Positions 1 to 10,646 of a stretch of 64,000 nt of DNA are shown in pieces. The position numbers were made by a program, and so were the translations under genes. The notes below the pieces were generated by a model. That model did not search any database. It was given only the letters and a program-made list of their open reading frames with translations, and had not been told where the DNA came from. How positions within the stretch are numbered: position 1 is the first letter of the stretch; the number at the start of each line of letters is the position of its first letter. The DNA comes from Diplonema japonicum (Eukaryota; Protista; Euglenozoa: Diplonemea), in contig OZ025700.1 in assembly GCA_964019335.1 (NCBI GenBank), forward strand, positions 186,001 to 250,000, given 5' to 3'.

Positions 1-1440
1 GCGGGTCTCCTCTTCTTCTGCGCGTCTTTTTTCCACCTCATCTGCTTTACGAAGCTCTTCTTCCTCGGTTTTACGCTGCGCTGCTTCTTCTTCGGCCACG
101 CGGGTTTTTTCCTCTTCTTCCGCCTTGCGAATCTGCTCTTCAGCTCTACGCTGTTCTTCCTCTCGAGTTTTGCGGGCTTCTTCTTCTTGTTTTGCTGCTT
201 CTTCGGCTTTGCGGGTCTCCTCTTCTTCTGCGCGTCTTTTCTCCACCTCTTCTGCTTTACGAAGCTCTTCTTCCTCGGTTTTACGCTTCGCTGCTTCTTC
301 GGCCATACGGGCTTCTTCCTCTTCTTTTTCCGCTTTACGTGCCGCCTCTTCTTTGGCCCTGCTGGCTTCTTCCTCAGCTTTACGTTGGAGCGCTTCTTCT
401 TCGGTTCTACGTGTTGCCTCTGCGAGGCGGGTTTCAGCTTTGCGCATCTCAGCGAGAATCGCTTCTTGTTCTTCTTCTTCCCTGCGTGCCTCTTCCGCAA
501 GACGTTCTTGTGCCTCCAGCGCAAGACGTATCTCTTCCTCACTCTCTTCGTCATCGCTCTCAAGGATGCCCTCGACTCTGCAGCCGCCACCGTTGCTATG
601 TGTTTCATCTGTGGCTGCCTCCTCCAGCTCCTCGTGTGAGCCTCTTGCAGCTTCCCATTGCAGATGTGCTTCTAGGTTAGATGCGATGGTGCTGACGATT
701 TCTTCGGGCAACGCGAAGAGGTCAGTTGGCGGCCACGTGCCCTCCCACCAAGGGGGCTCTTGCGAAGTGAGGTGCATGCGGATGCTCTCAACAGACCGGC
801 GTTTGAAGGAGAGGCGCCGCATGGCGGCGGTATGCGCCTCTGCTGCCTGTTGCTTGTCCGCTTCCATTTTCTGCTTGACGAGATTTCTTGCTTCGAGGGT
901 GGCTTGCTGGGCTTCCTCGTCGGCAACACGCTCGGCCTGAAGGCGGGCTTTGCGCTGACGTTCAAGCGCAGCCACTGGGCATTCTTCCTCTTTAGCGGAC
1001 TCGCAAGTGAGGTTCAGGAAATCGAGGACATCCGGGGAGAGGTCAAGGTCTGAGAGGTTGTCGACCACCTCGGGGGACAAGGGGAGGACCTCATCTGTGA
1101 AGACCTCGACGAACAGTGCCGGGCCCCCTGTGGTCGAGTAGTAGACGATGTCATAGCCTTCGGAGGTCTCGAGGTGCAGCAGCTGCCCCTCTTCACTTGT
1201 CTTGATGTCTATGACAGTCGTTACCTCCTCCCGCTTCACCACCTCGCCCTCCCCCGTCAGCAGGTACAGCCCGTACTCTGTCAGGGCCAGCCCCTCAGCG
1301 GTCAACCCGCCTTCCGTCAGTATCACCTTTCCACTCCCACTGAAATGCAGAACCTCGTCTCCGTGATTCGTAGCAGCCTCGCTCTTCTCCTGCCACCCAA
1401 GGGCATCCCTCGCGGTATCGGGGCAGCTTAGTAAACCCAT
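1..1440 (-). CDS. Hypothetical protein, 3'-partial: globular N-terminal region followed by a long E/K/R-rich coiled coil with internal repeats
   Basis: ATG at 1440 (MGLLSCPDTARDALGWQEK...). The frame stays open as far as I read it and runs off the left edge, so it is absent from the ORF track. Charged low-complexity repeats; 1-90 is nearly repeated at 211-300 (210-nt period). Confidence 0.8.
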   Translation of the reverse strand, partial: MGLLSCPDTARDALGWQEKSEAATNHGDEVLHFSGSGKVILTEGGLTAEGLALTEYGLYLLTGEGEVVKREEVTTVIDIKTSEEGQLLHLETSEGYDIVYYSTTGGPALFVEVFTDEVLPLSPEVVDNLSDLDLSPDVLDFLNLTCESAKEEECPVAALERQRKARLQAERVADEEAQQATLEARNLVKQKMEADKQQAAEAHTAAMRRLSFKRRSVESIRMHLTSQEPPWWEGTWPPTDLFALPEEIVSTIASNLEAHLQWEAARGSHEELEEAATDETHSNGGGCRVEGILESDDEESEEEIRLALEAQERLAEEARREEEEQEAILAEMRKAETRLAEATRRTEEEALQRKAEEEASRAKEEAARKAEKEEEEARMAEEAAKRKTEEEELRKAEEVEKRRAEEEETRKAEEAAKQEEEARKTREEEQRRAEEQIRKAEEEEKTRVAEEEAAQRKTEEEELRKADEVEKRRAEEEETR

Positions 1441-1597
1441 TGCGGCATTGCTATGTGTGTGTGGGAGGCGTCCCTGAGTTTATTTTTTCCCCCCCTTTTT
1501 CTTCCCTTCCCGGACGGGCGAAACAATAAAAAGAGGAAGGGAAAAAAAAAAAAATAATAATAATAATAAACAGGTAATAATAATAATAAAAAAGCGA

Positions 1598-2665
1598 TCA
1601 TTGAGCGATCGTGCCAGGGCTCCGCCCCAGCAAGTTAGCAGCCGACCAGACGTGTTCGCACCCGTCGCCCCGCTCTATCCTGTCGGCAAGGTCGGCGGCA
1701 ATGAGTTCCAAGTATGCCGCCATGTGCAGCGAATGGTGGCAGATAAGAGATGTTACGATAGGGAGAAGCGAATGCGGGGGCAGGGTGTGGGGCGGATGCA
1801 AGAAAACATCAGAATCTGGCGAGGAAATAGATAGCAAGACAGCCTCGAAAGGGGAGAGGCTTGGGGCAGCGGGAAGCAAGGAAAGAAGCTGCTCAAGCTC
1901 CTTCGACCCACAACGCGCAGCGGCTGCACAAGCTCTGACTAAAGTACCAACGTCAGTATACCGGAAAGCAATGATCACAGAGAGAACGTTTTCTTTGATG
2001 TCATCTGGAAGTTCTGACGACCAGTGTGCGATCACACGCCATCCGAGGGTGCTGACTGTCTCCACATTGTTCCCTTTTTCGTATTCCCGACGAACAGCCT
2101 CCTCAACCACACGGGAAAAGATGGACGGAGAGATTCGTTTCGACCGAACCAACATAATCTCAAGTTCTGTTGGGGTTGCCATGTCAAGCCAACCAACACC
2201 GGAAATATGTTTCTCGGAGTTTATCACGACATCTGGTAGGTTTAGAATACTTGCGTACCATACAACAGTTGCAACGTCGTGTCCTAGCCTCGTACCTTGT
2301 GAGGCGAATGAATCGAGGAGAAGTTTTTTCGTGTAGTTCGATAGTTCTCCGCCTTGTTCGCCGGTGCCTGCACGGATGAAGGATTCCAGTATACAGTTGC
2401 TGTCAAGGGCGTCGACAAAAAGGCTGGAGGCTGCCCACTGTAGTACGAGGTCTACCTGCTCCGCGCCGTTGCATTTTTCAAGCGTCTCGTGGAGTTGTTT
2501 CATCGTCGGGGCTCGCTTCAGGATTAAGTGCTTTGTTGTCGGCTTCCCCCCAAACCCTAGGGCGTTCTGATCCGCGTACGCCTTCAATGATGAGAAGTCA
2601 TTTTGTGTTGGAAGCCTTCTCAAAGAGTTGTGCGTCCTTTCAATTAGGCCGTATACCCTGCTCAT
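1598..2665 (-). CDS. Hypothetical alpha-helical protein
   Basis: Long ORF without homopolymers. First ATG at 2665 (MSRVYGL) follows a U-rich tract ending CTCAG. No recognised motif. Confidence 0.7.
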   Translation of the reverse strand: MSRVYGLIERTHNSLRRLPTQNDFSSLKAYADQNALGFGGKPTTKHLILKRAPTMKQLHETLEKCNGAEQVDLVLQWAASSLFVDALDSNCILESFIRAGTGEQGGELSNYTKKLLLDSFASQGTRLGHDVATVVWYASILNLPDVVINSEKHISGVGWLDMATPTELEIMLVRSKRISPSIFSRVVEEAVRREYEKGNNVETVSTLGWRVIAHWSSELPDDIKENVLSVIIAFRYTDVGTLVRACAAAARCGSKELEQLLSLLPAAPSLSPFEAVLLSISSPDSDVFLHPPHTLPPHSLLPIVTSLICHHSLHMAAYLELIAADLADRIERGDGCEHVWSAANLLGRSPGTIAQ

Positions 2666-3027
2666 CCCCACCCTGAGATATACAATGTGGAAAATTAGAA
2701 GGGGCAACAAAAAAAAAAAAGTGGGGGGGTTTTTTTTTTGTCATGTCTGCTTTGTGTTTCCTTTTTTTTTTTTTTTTTTTTTTCTCTCTTTTTTTTTTTT
2801 TTTTTTTTTTTTCCTTCCCCGGGTACAAAGTTTTGATATCTCATCTTATGACAACGATATGCGGGTGGAGGGGGGCAGAGTATATATATATTTAAAAAAA
2901 GAAGAAAAAAGAGAGAGAGAGAGAGAACCGTTGTTTGTACGTGGGGTAGAAACCCTGGAGAAAGCTCATAAAACCGGTAAACACGATGTCAACGTTCCCT
3001 TTGTTTGAACAAGTCAAAGGCTCGTTC

Positions 3028-3073
<46 letters not shown>

Positions 3074-3250
3074 AAGCTGTATTTTTTCTTCCTCTTCCTC
3101 AATAATCTTTTTTTTTTTCTCTTTCACGCGAACTTTCATCAAAGAAGTTTTTTTTCCCCCCCCCTTTCTTGAGAGCCAAGAAATGAAGGAAAAAAATTGG
3201 GGTAGGGGGGATGAGAACAAGAAAAGCGATTTTTTTTTTTTTTTTTCTTT

Positions 3251-4012
3251 TTACGACGCAGACCCACCAGCAGCGTCCCCCCGCTGGATAAACAGAGCCT
3301 TGTCCAGGAGGGAAATGCCTTTGAAATCGGCGTTTGCTTGGGGAACGCACGCAACAGCATCAAGTCCTTCGGTCGAGGTGAGAAACCCCGGTTTCACACG
3401 GGAGACCTTTCCAGCAGAAGAATGAATGTATGCAGCGAAGGGGAAGAGGCCAGCAGCCTCTGACACATCGACATCTGCTGAATGGAGCCTAGTCTGTTTG
3501 ATAAAAGCTGCAACACCTCTCATGAAGGTGGCTTTGTCTGATGCTCCTTTCACGAGTTCTGTACGGCCTCCAAGGGTGTTGAATTTGAAAGCTGGGATGG
3601 ACTTCCCCGGCTTGCCATAGGCAATTGCCTTTGCAACGGGTGTTTTACTGTACACCATAAACAAAATACCGTTCTGTGAGGGTTCGTACACTAGGTACAT
3701 CCCCGGTCCGTTCCACGACATCCCCTCCAGCGGTTCTTCGACCTTCGGTAGAGTTGGTGTTGTTTTCGACAGTACGTTCTTCCTCTGCACCTCTGGTACA
3801 GATTTTCTGGGTCCTGCTAGCTTCTCGCAGCCCATTATCCCCGCTGCTACCTTTTCCGCTGCTGCTTTACAGTCCTTTTCGTCAGATGCACCTTCGAGGG
3901 CCTTCAAGTACTCCTTTGGTGTTACGATTTTCGAACTCCCGCTCAACTTCAACGCCATGTTTAAGAACCCCAACCCAGACAACGTGGCTGTATCGTCTGA
4001 CCTTCCAACCAT
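3251..4012 (-). CDS. Immune mapped protein 1/2 (IMP1/IMP2)-like protein
   Basis: Motifs GMYLVYEPSQNGILFMVYS, AIAYGKPGKSIPAFKFNTLGGRTEL and AVACVP...DKALFIQRG resemble IMP2 N- and C-terminal domains (recognised from memory). Confidence 0.6.
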   Translation of the reverse strand: MVGRSDDTATLSGLGFLNMALKLSGSSKIVTPKEYLKALEGASDEKDCKAAAEKVAAGIMGCEKLAGPRKSVPEVQRKNVLSKTTPTLPKVEEPLEGMSWNGPGMYLVYEPSQNGILFMVYSKTPVAKAIAYGKPGKSIPAFKFNTLGGRTELVKGASDKATFMRGVAAFIKQTRLHSADVDVSEAAGLFPFAAYIHSSAGKVSRVKPGFLTSTEGLDAVACVPQANADFKGISLLDKALFIQRGDAAGGSAS

Positions 4013-4465
4013 TTCTTTTTGTGTGTATTTTCTTTTTTTGTTGTGGAGGGGTCCCTGAAAAAAAATGTAGTGGTGTTCTGGAAAAAAAAGGGGGGGGACT
4101 GAAGAATGTACAAATCACAACTTAAAGGAACAGATATTTTGCTGGAGGGGGGGTGGAGGGGGGACAGAAACGAGAGACCTCAAAAAAAAGAAACAAAAAA
4201 ATATTGCGAGGGGGGAAAAAAAAAGGGAGGGAAGAGAAAGAGACGCATCCCCCATCCCACCTTTTTCTTTTTCCCCCATTTTTTTTTCTTTCCATCTCTT
4301 TTCCAACCCTCTATTGCCTTATGTGTTTTTTTTTTTTTTTTTTTTTTTTTTTATTCCCTTCTTTTTCGTCCTCTCGTTGTTCCCCTGGCTAGATCGAGGG
4401 AGGGGGGGAATATCAGAGTGAAACAATTTTTTTTTTCCTCCAAAAAAAAAACCAAACCCGCGCCT

Positions 4466-5789
4466 TTAATCTTTCGCCTCATTACCTTCCAGCGATCGCA
4501 TGGCTTGAGGGGTGTACCCACCCATAGGGAACATGGTATGTCCTATAGTGATGCCAATGGCAAGGAGGAATGCAAGAGTTCCAACGGCGCAGTAAGTTGC
4601 TCCGAGAACGGTGTTGTCCGCCCCGACCCATGTACGAGAGGCAAGGATGATCTTTTTATCCCCGAAGGACGAGGTGTCATAGCGATCCTGCACCTCAATG
4701 GTGTAGTTGCCGGGAGTGAGGTCGCGCGTGATTTTCCTGTGCAACTTCTTGAAGTTTGGGACGCTCGCGGGTCTGGACCACACCATGAAATCGTAATCGT
4801 CCTGCCGCGGGATCCGATGCCCCCACTCCCTCCAGTAATAGCCGTTTGTGAGGTATTCGCCTCCTCTTGGGACCGTCTTCCCAGTATCGTCCGTTACGTG
4901 CTCAACATTTTCGATTCCCTCGTGTGTGATGGTGCCGTCTGAACGGTCGAACCCCTTGAACCTTACTTTACGGTCGCCTGACCACGCGATGTCGGACTTT
5001 TCGCAATTGTTCGCAACGGTGTTTCCGTCCACGTTGCTCCCTCCCAAAGGGGTGCCTTTGTGGTCGAAGTCGGAGGTGTTGCAGACAAGGCTGAGCGTTC
5101 CCGGTGACTGTCCCACTACTTGACTGGATTGAAAAAAAAATTTTTTTTTCCCCGCCCCCCCCTGGGACATACTACAAGTTGTATGTGTCATTGAAAAAAG
5201 TGTACGCTATCTGCCCGCACGGAAGGAGGTTCCACGATGCCATGTCCCGTGATTCTGGTGTTCCGTTGGTGAAGTTCACAATGTAGTGTCCTTGTTGCGA
5301 TTGCTGCCCGTATGTTATGTAAGGAGGGCACGCGGTAGCATCTTCACAACTGCAGCTCCCGCCGCCTTGGAGTTGCTCATCGGATCTTGACCTAACTAGG
5401 TACCTGAAATTCTGGTTGTAACTTGTCAATTTGTAGTACAGAAAAACTGGTGCGGTGATGGTTTCGGTGATTTCAAAGGTGACGTTGGTCTTGCAGTGAT
5501 CTACTACGTCCCAAGGATCAGGGTTGGGGCCTGACAGTGAAACTTTTCTGTCCCAGGTGCATGGCGGGTTTCCATCGACACCTTGATAAGGGATTTGAAC
5601 CTCTTTCACGCGGTCAGAAGCGATCAGGACCAAGGCTCCTAATGGGATGAACACGGCAGCAACCAGCACCATAGCACTGATGACCCATGGAGCGGAGTGC
5701 ATCGGGTACCAGTGATCCATTCTCATTTCCCTCATTTTTATCCAAAATTTCTCCTTTTTGACATCTTCTCCGCTCTCGGTCGATGGCAT
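4466..5789 (-). CDS. CDC50: CDC50/LEM3 family flippase beta subunit, one intron (5124-5172)
   Basis: Two terminal TM helices; motifs YYKLTSYNQNFRYLVRSRSDEQL, PCGQIAYTFFNDTY, DFMVWSRPASVPNFKKL. A GTATGT...CAG intron joins the two ORF-track fragments (NL-Y-QVVG). Confidence 0.92.
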
Positions 5790-6577
5790 TTTTATTTGTT
5801 TCCCTTTTTTTTTTTTTTTTTTTCCTTCCTCCCCCTCCCACTCTCCTTTTTTTATTTTTTGTTTTCTTGTATTGAAAAACGATTTATATTGAATAAACAC
5901 AAGGCTGAAGAATAAAGCGTATAAAAAAAAAAGTGGGGGAAAAAAAGGAGGGGGGGGGGGAGATTAAAAAAGAAGAAAATGAGATCCTATCCCCTCGCCT
6001 CCATTTTTTTTAAATGGCAGGGGTAGGGGAACCAGGACCATGTCAAAAAAAAAAGTTTTTTTTTTTGAAACATCTTCTCTAAATAAAGAAAATAAAAAAG
6101 GAAAAAACTGTGAGAGGAAAAATACAAAAAAGAAAAAGGCAAAGAAGAAGAAAAAAAAGGTGTAGTAAAGAGAAGAAGGAAATGAGCAGGAGGGGGGTTG
6201 GGAAGTATTTCTTCCGTATTTATGATAATAGAGATTCGAAAGTGGGGGAAAGGAAAACAATGTAAAAAAAAACAAAGGGAAAGAAAGGAAAGAAGAAAAA
6301 AAAAACACCAGCAAGTACCGGCGAAAAGAAAGAAAAGAGGAAAAAAAATCACCTAAAGAAAACAAATAATTTATTAAAAAAAAAAGGGGCTGTTAACAGC
6401 AGTCTCAATCGAAGATCTAGGCCCTCCCAACAAACAAATGGTAGATATATCCACCGTTACTATGAAAAGGCCACATCCCCGGAAAAGTTGCATCAGGCAT
6501 TTCCTTCCCTTTTTTTTTTTTTTTTTTTTTTTCTTTTTTTTTTAAATCATTCTTATCATCTTCAAACGTGGGAGATG

Positions 6578-6626
<49 letters not shown>

Positions 6627-6766
6627 CATATAAAGATAGAAGTTCGGGGTGCTAGGTGAAAACGAGAAATTAATTCACTATGATAGGAAACGAAGTGGTA
6701 AAAACAACGCTTCTCAACTAAGAGGGGGAGGAGGGGGGGGGGGGGGGGATGCGCGAAAAAACTCTT

Positions 6767-8743
6767 TTACTGCTGAACCGCAGTCTTGCCCTTCCTCACC
6801 AACACAAGCCATGCAAGAACACGCAAGATCACAGTGTAGCTTATGAGAATGAGGAAGGTTCTTGCAACAGAACCGTCCTGAAGGCCGAGCTGCGTGACTA
6901 CCTCGTCGCCATGCGTGTAGGTGGCATTTTCAGTGGTGATGTTGACATCGAGAACACGGTCCTCAAACTCGTTAATAATGGCACCCTCGAACGACCACTT
7001 GATGAAGGAGCAGTGCTGAAGCCACTCCAACCATGTGGGGATGTCCTGCACGAAGAACCCAGCAAGCAACATGAACGGAAGGAAGATCAACGGCCCGAGA
7101 AGGATCGCCAGCTCCAGCGTCGGGGCCATTGCGGAGATCAACAACCCAAACGACTGTGCCACCAACGACGTCCAAATAATAATCGCCGTAAGCGTCCAGA
7201 ACGCCTCCGCACTGTCCCTCAACCCGATCATCCAGTACGGGATCGACAGGAACAGAGTAGGGAAGAACATCATGAAAGGAAGCTCGACAAACGTTTTCGT
7301 CAAAAAGTAAGCTGAAATGCTGTACAGCGACGCTTGCGTCTCACGCAGTACCAAACCCAACTCAACGGGGAAGGAGTGCAGCACACCCATCATAGGAAGC
7401 ATCGACTGGTTCACCATAACAAAGAATATCGCGCCCTGCTTCGCACGCACGCCGAGCGTGTCGTCGTCAAGGTCGAAGAACACCAACCCGAGCAGCAGCC
7501 CAAGCACAACAGACTGTACCACACGCGCCTTCGACAGCGCAGGGTTCCGCAGCACATTCCTGAAAGTCCTGCTTGACAGTGCCATCAGTTGCCTCCCGAA
7601 CCCCACTGCGTAGCCGGAGTACTCTCTCATGTCGTGTTCCCTCTGAAGGTCTTCGACCTCCTTTGAATCCTTCCCAGCAGGGGTGTCAGGAGGGGAGTTG
7701 TCCTCAGGGAGGTACGGTGTTACGTCCTGCTTTTCCCACTCATCAGCTGCCTTGTCGGCGAAGTACCCAGCCGTGGTAGCGTAGTCCCTCAGGGCAGCAG
7801 ATTCATCGGAGCCCACACCTGTTCGGAGAAGCTTCATGTAGAAGTCAGGTGGGTTGCTGTATGTTGGGCAGGTGTACCCAATGTTCTTGAAGTATTCCAT
7901 TGATTTGTCTGCTGCGCCACTGTACACCACACGGCCCATTGCAAGGAGGAGGAGTTGAGTGAACTTCTTGAAAATCTGCGATGATGGTTGATGGATGGTG
8001 CAAATAACAGTGCGTCCTGCCTCTGCAAGGTTCGACAAGGTATCAATCACAGACTCTGCTGTGAAGGAGTCGAGGCCTGTTGTGGGCTCGTCGAGAAGCA
8101 GGATGTCAGGGTCGGGGATCAGAACAAGACCGATCGCCACCCTCTTCCTCTCCCCTCCGGAGATCCCACGACCACCGACAGCGTTCGACCCGATCATGCT
8201 GTCCGCCACCATCTGAAGACCGAGCTCAGCGATGGTGTCATCCACACGCTTGGTGCGTTCCTCCACAGTGGTGGACTCAGGGAGTTGTAGATCAGCAGCG
8301 AAGGTGAGTGCCTCCCTGACTGTCTGGGTGGGCATGAGCTTGTCGTCCTGCATGACGTAGCCAAGACGCCTCTGCATGGGGATCGTGCGGTAGTCCTTCC
8401 CATTCACCTTCACTATCCCCTCGCTCGGTGTGATCCTGTTCGCAAGCACGTTCAGCATCGTTGTCTTCCCTGCACCGGTCGCTCCCATGATGGCGGTGAG
8501 GGATCTCGGCGGGATCGTGAGGTTGATGTCCTTGAGGATCATCTTTGAGCAGATTGCCTTGCCCCCATCAGGGTCGGAGATCGTCACGTCGTACACCACC
8601 TTCTCCACAGAGACCCTCTGACGTTCCCTCATGGACTTCTGGAGGGCAAGTCCCTTGCCACCAGCGCTAGCCGAAGGGCTGAGGGAAGGGGAGGTCTTGG
8701 GTGCCTCTTCGTTGATAGGCTCGTTCGAGATATCCTGAGTCAT
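6767..8743 (-). CDS. ABCG (white-like) half transporter, copy 1
   Basis: Walker A GATGAGKT, signature ISGGERKR, Walker B LLLDEPT, then an ABC2-type membrane domain; intronless. Confidence 0.95.
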   Translation of the reverse strand: MTQDISNEPINEEAPKTSPSLSPSASAGGKGLALQKSMRERQRVSVEKVVYDVTISDPDGGKAICSKMILKDINLTIPPRSLTAIMGATGAGKTTMLNVLANRITPSEGIVKVNGKDYRTIPMQRRLGYVMQDDKLMPTQTVREALTFAADLQLPESTTVEERTKRVDDTIAELGLQMVADSMIGSNAVGGRGISGGERKRVAIGLVLIPDPDILLLDEPTTGLDSFTAESVIDTLSNLAEAGRTVICTIHQPSSQIFKKFTQLLLLAMGRVVYSGAADKSMEYFKNIGYTCPTYSNPPDFYMKLLRTGVGSDESAALRDYATTAGYFADKAADEWEKQDVTPYLPEDNSPPDTPAGKDSKEVEDLQREHDMREYSGYAVGFGRQLMALSSRTFRNVLRNPALSKARVVQSVVLGLLLGLVFFDLDDDTLGVRAKQGAIFFVMVNQSMLPMMGVLHSFPVELGLVLRETQASLYSISAYFLTKTFVELPFMMFFPTLFLSIPYWMIGLRDSAEAFWTLTAIIIWTSLVAQSFGLLISAMAPTLELAILLGPLIFLPFMLLAGFFVQDIPTWLEWLQHCSFIKWSFEGAIINEFEDRVLDVNITTENATYTHGDEVVTQLGLQDGSVARTFLILISYTVILRVLAWLVLVRKGKTAVQQ

Positions 8744-9710
8744 TTTTCCTTCTCTTTTTTTTTATAACCTGGTGGAAAGGTGCGAATCGCAGAAAGGTCA
8801 GATGAATAATTCAACAATCTGATAAATTGACTACGCAGGTACCAGCAGCCCATTCTTATCGAAGGAGAAACGATCGCATTTTTTTTTTTTTTTTCACCAG
8901 CAAACAAAGTAAAACAGAAAAGCGATCTTTTTTTTTTTTTTCTTGGTTTTCTTTTTGCCCCTCTTTCATATTTACTTCAAGACTAGGCTTGCGGTGATAA
9001 GAATAAGCTGTTCGTTTTTTTTTTTTTTTTTTTTTTTATATATGGAGAAAATGGAGCTAAAGGAGATGGGGGAGAGCAAACTATAAGGTTGTGAAACTTC
9101 CTTCGCGCAAGTAATCACAACAGTATGGGGAGGTTCAGAGCTTCACACCACAAGTGTGCGAGAAAAAGAAGTCAGATCGTTAAGGCCGCTTTGCAAAAGA
9201 CAAGCCACAAAAAAGAAAAAAAGAAGGGGAGGAACATATCAACTAAGAAAACAAAGAAAAACGAGAAGAAAAAAAAAAAAAAAAAAAAAAACACACAACG
9301 GAAAAGAAAAGTTGATTGGTTTTGCGTTGTGGATGTACACAGTTCCCTCTCACTTTGGCTAGCTTAAGGGGGTGTTGTCACACCTGGGTCCTGTGCTCCC
9401 AAAAAAAAAAGGGGGGGTAAATCACTAAAGTACGGAGGAGATCCACATCGCCCGTAAAAAAAAAAAAAAAAATCGACCTTCGGCTTCCTTGGCCGAAATG
9501 CTTGGGGGGAATAGTGTGACGCTCATAAGTTTGTGCGCACGAGCGGGTGAGTTACATAGATTATATTAAAACTCATAGTAAAAGACAACCCCCACTGGAG
9601 GACAGCCTCTTGTGGTGTGAGTTCCTATCTATTAATGCTCCCCTTCTGGAGCATAGCCTTCGTTCCTATTAAAATAAGACCTGCCTGTTGGAACAAAAAA
9701 AAATATGAGT

Positions 9711-10020
9711 TAAAGGAGGCCGGTGTTGGCGGCGCCCTGCACAAGAACTGTCTACTTGATTACAGGGGGCGCGCCGCGGCCGAGTTGTAGCTTCTTCTGC
9801 GTTCCGCGTCGTGTCCTTAATGCGTGCGGTGTACAGCTCAACCCCGGTGCGTCCCGGGTAACCAAGATTCTGCGCTCGTGCAGTTTGCTGCCTGTTCGTC
9901 ACCCTGAGCATCTGCATTTTGTTCTTCCACTCGGGCGCTACCGGTGATGACCGACGAGGAGGTCAACAGCGAACAACACATCTGATGTTTTTCTTATATT
10001 TTCATGTTATCCCCACCACC
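9711..10020 (-). mobile_element. Short (~310 nt) non-coding dispersed element, family A, full-length copy with a 5' HDV-like ribozyme (SINE/SIDER-like)
   Basis: Homologous to 10375-10523 and 58674-58891. All three copies share the minus-strand 3' boundary ...CCTTTA. The 5' end coincides with the ribozyme G1. Confidence 0.75.
9887..10020 (-). ncRNA. HDV-like self-cleaving ribozyme A
   Basis: P1 GGUGGUG/CAUCACC; P2 GCUGUUG/CAG(G)CAGC; P3 ACC/GGU; L3 UCCUCGUC; P1.1 CC/GG; P4 CGCCC-GAGU/GCUC-A-GGGUG; J4/2 ACGAA with candidate catalytic C at 9898; the 43-nt J1/2 folds as a hairpin. Confidence 0.85.
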
Positions 10021-10374
10021 AAAAAAAAAAAAAAAAAAAAAAAAAAACACTTTTTTTTGTTTTATCTCCTCGGCAGAATTTTTACAAATTTATCAGCCAG
10101 CGTCTTTTTTTTTTTTTTTTTTTTTTTGCTTTTTCCTCGTTTTACCCAAAGAGCGGTAAAATAACAAAAACAAAAAACAAAAACAAAAATGAGAAAACCG
10201 GCACGAATAATACCGGAGATAAAGCGAATCTTATTGGGAACTTTTTTTTTCAACTAATAAGAATCATGCATTTTCCAACACGTACTCCCCCCCCCGCCTC
10301 AAGGGTTTATAAAGGAGACCTTCCCCCTGCGTTACCCGTACGCACACAGCAAAAAAAAATACATTTTTAAGAGA

Positions 10375-10523
10375 TAAAGGAGGCCAGTGTTGGTGGCGTC
10401 CTGCATAAGAACTGTTGATTACAGGGGGCGCACCTCGGCCAAGTTTCTTCTGTATTCCGTCGTGTCCTTAATGCGTGCGGTGTGCAGCTCAACCCGACCC
10501 AGGTAACCAAGATTTCTGCGCTC
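10375..10523 (-). repeat. 5'-truncated, diverged copy of element family A (no ribozyme)
   Basis: Aligns to about 9711-9877 (aaaggaggcc.gtgttgg...ttgattacagggggcgc...gtcgtgtccttaatgcgtgcggtgt.cagctcaaccc...gtaaccaagatt). Confidence 0.85.
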
Positions 10524-10646
10524 ATTCAGATTATCTCAAAGTACTAAAGGCATTGGTTGCTTCATAGACCGCCTGAAGCATAAATAAATAGAGCAGTAAA
10601 GGAAAGGGGAGGACAGAGAGAGAGAGAGCGAGAGAGAGAGGTCAAA

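Noticed and set aside
125-940. Ser-rich plus-strand ORFs, and plus-strand ORFs over the ABCG genes
   Set aside because: Antisense shadows of the minus-strand genes.
1428-1448. Six-codon upstream ORF overlapping the start of the first gene
   Set aside because: The transcript 5' end is unknown and such short ORFs are expected by chance.
5172-5174. Apparent in-frame TAG in CDC50 and other broken ORFs, suggesting stop-codon reassignment, frameshifting or pseudogenes
   Set aside because: Each break in the host genes is resolved by a short GT-AG intron, and all three stop codons terminate genes normally.
9569-9668. Plus-strand partial HDV-like pattern (AACTCAT/GTGAGTT, GCC-TCTTGT-GGT, hairpin)
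   Set aside because: No G1, CC instead of GG after P1, and no valid J4/2.
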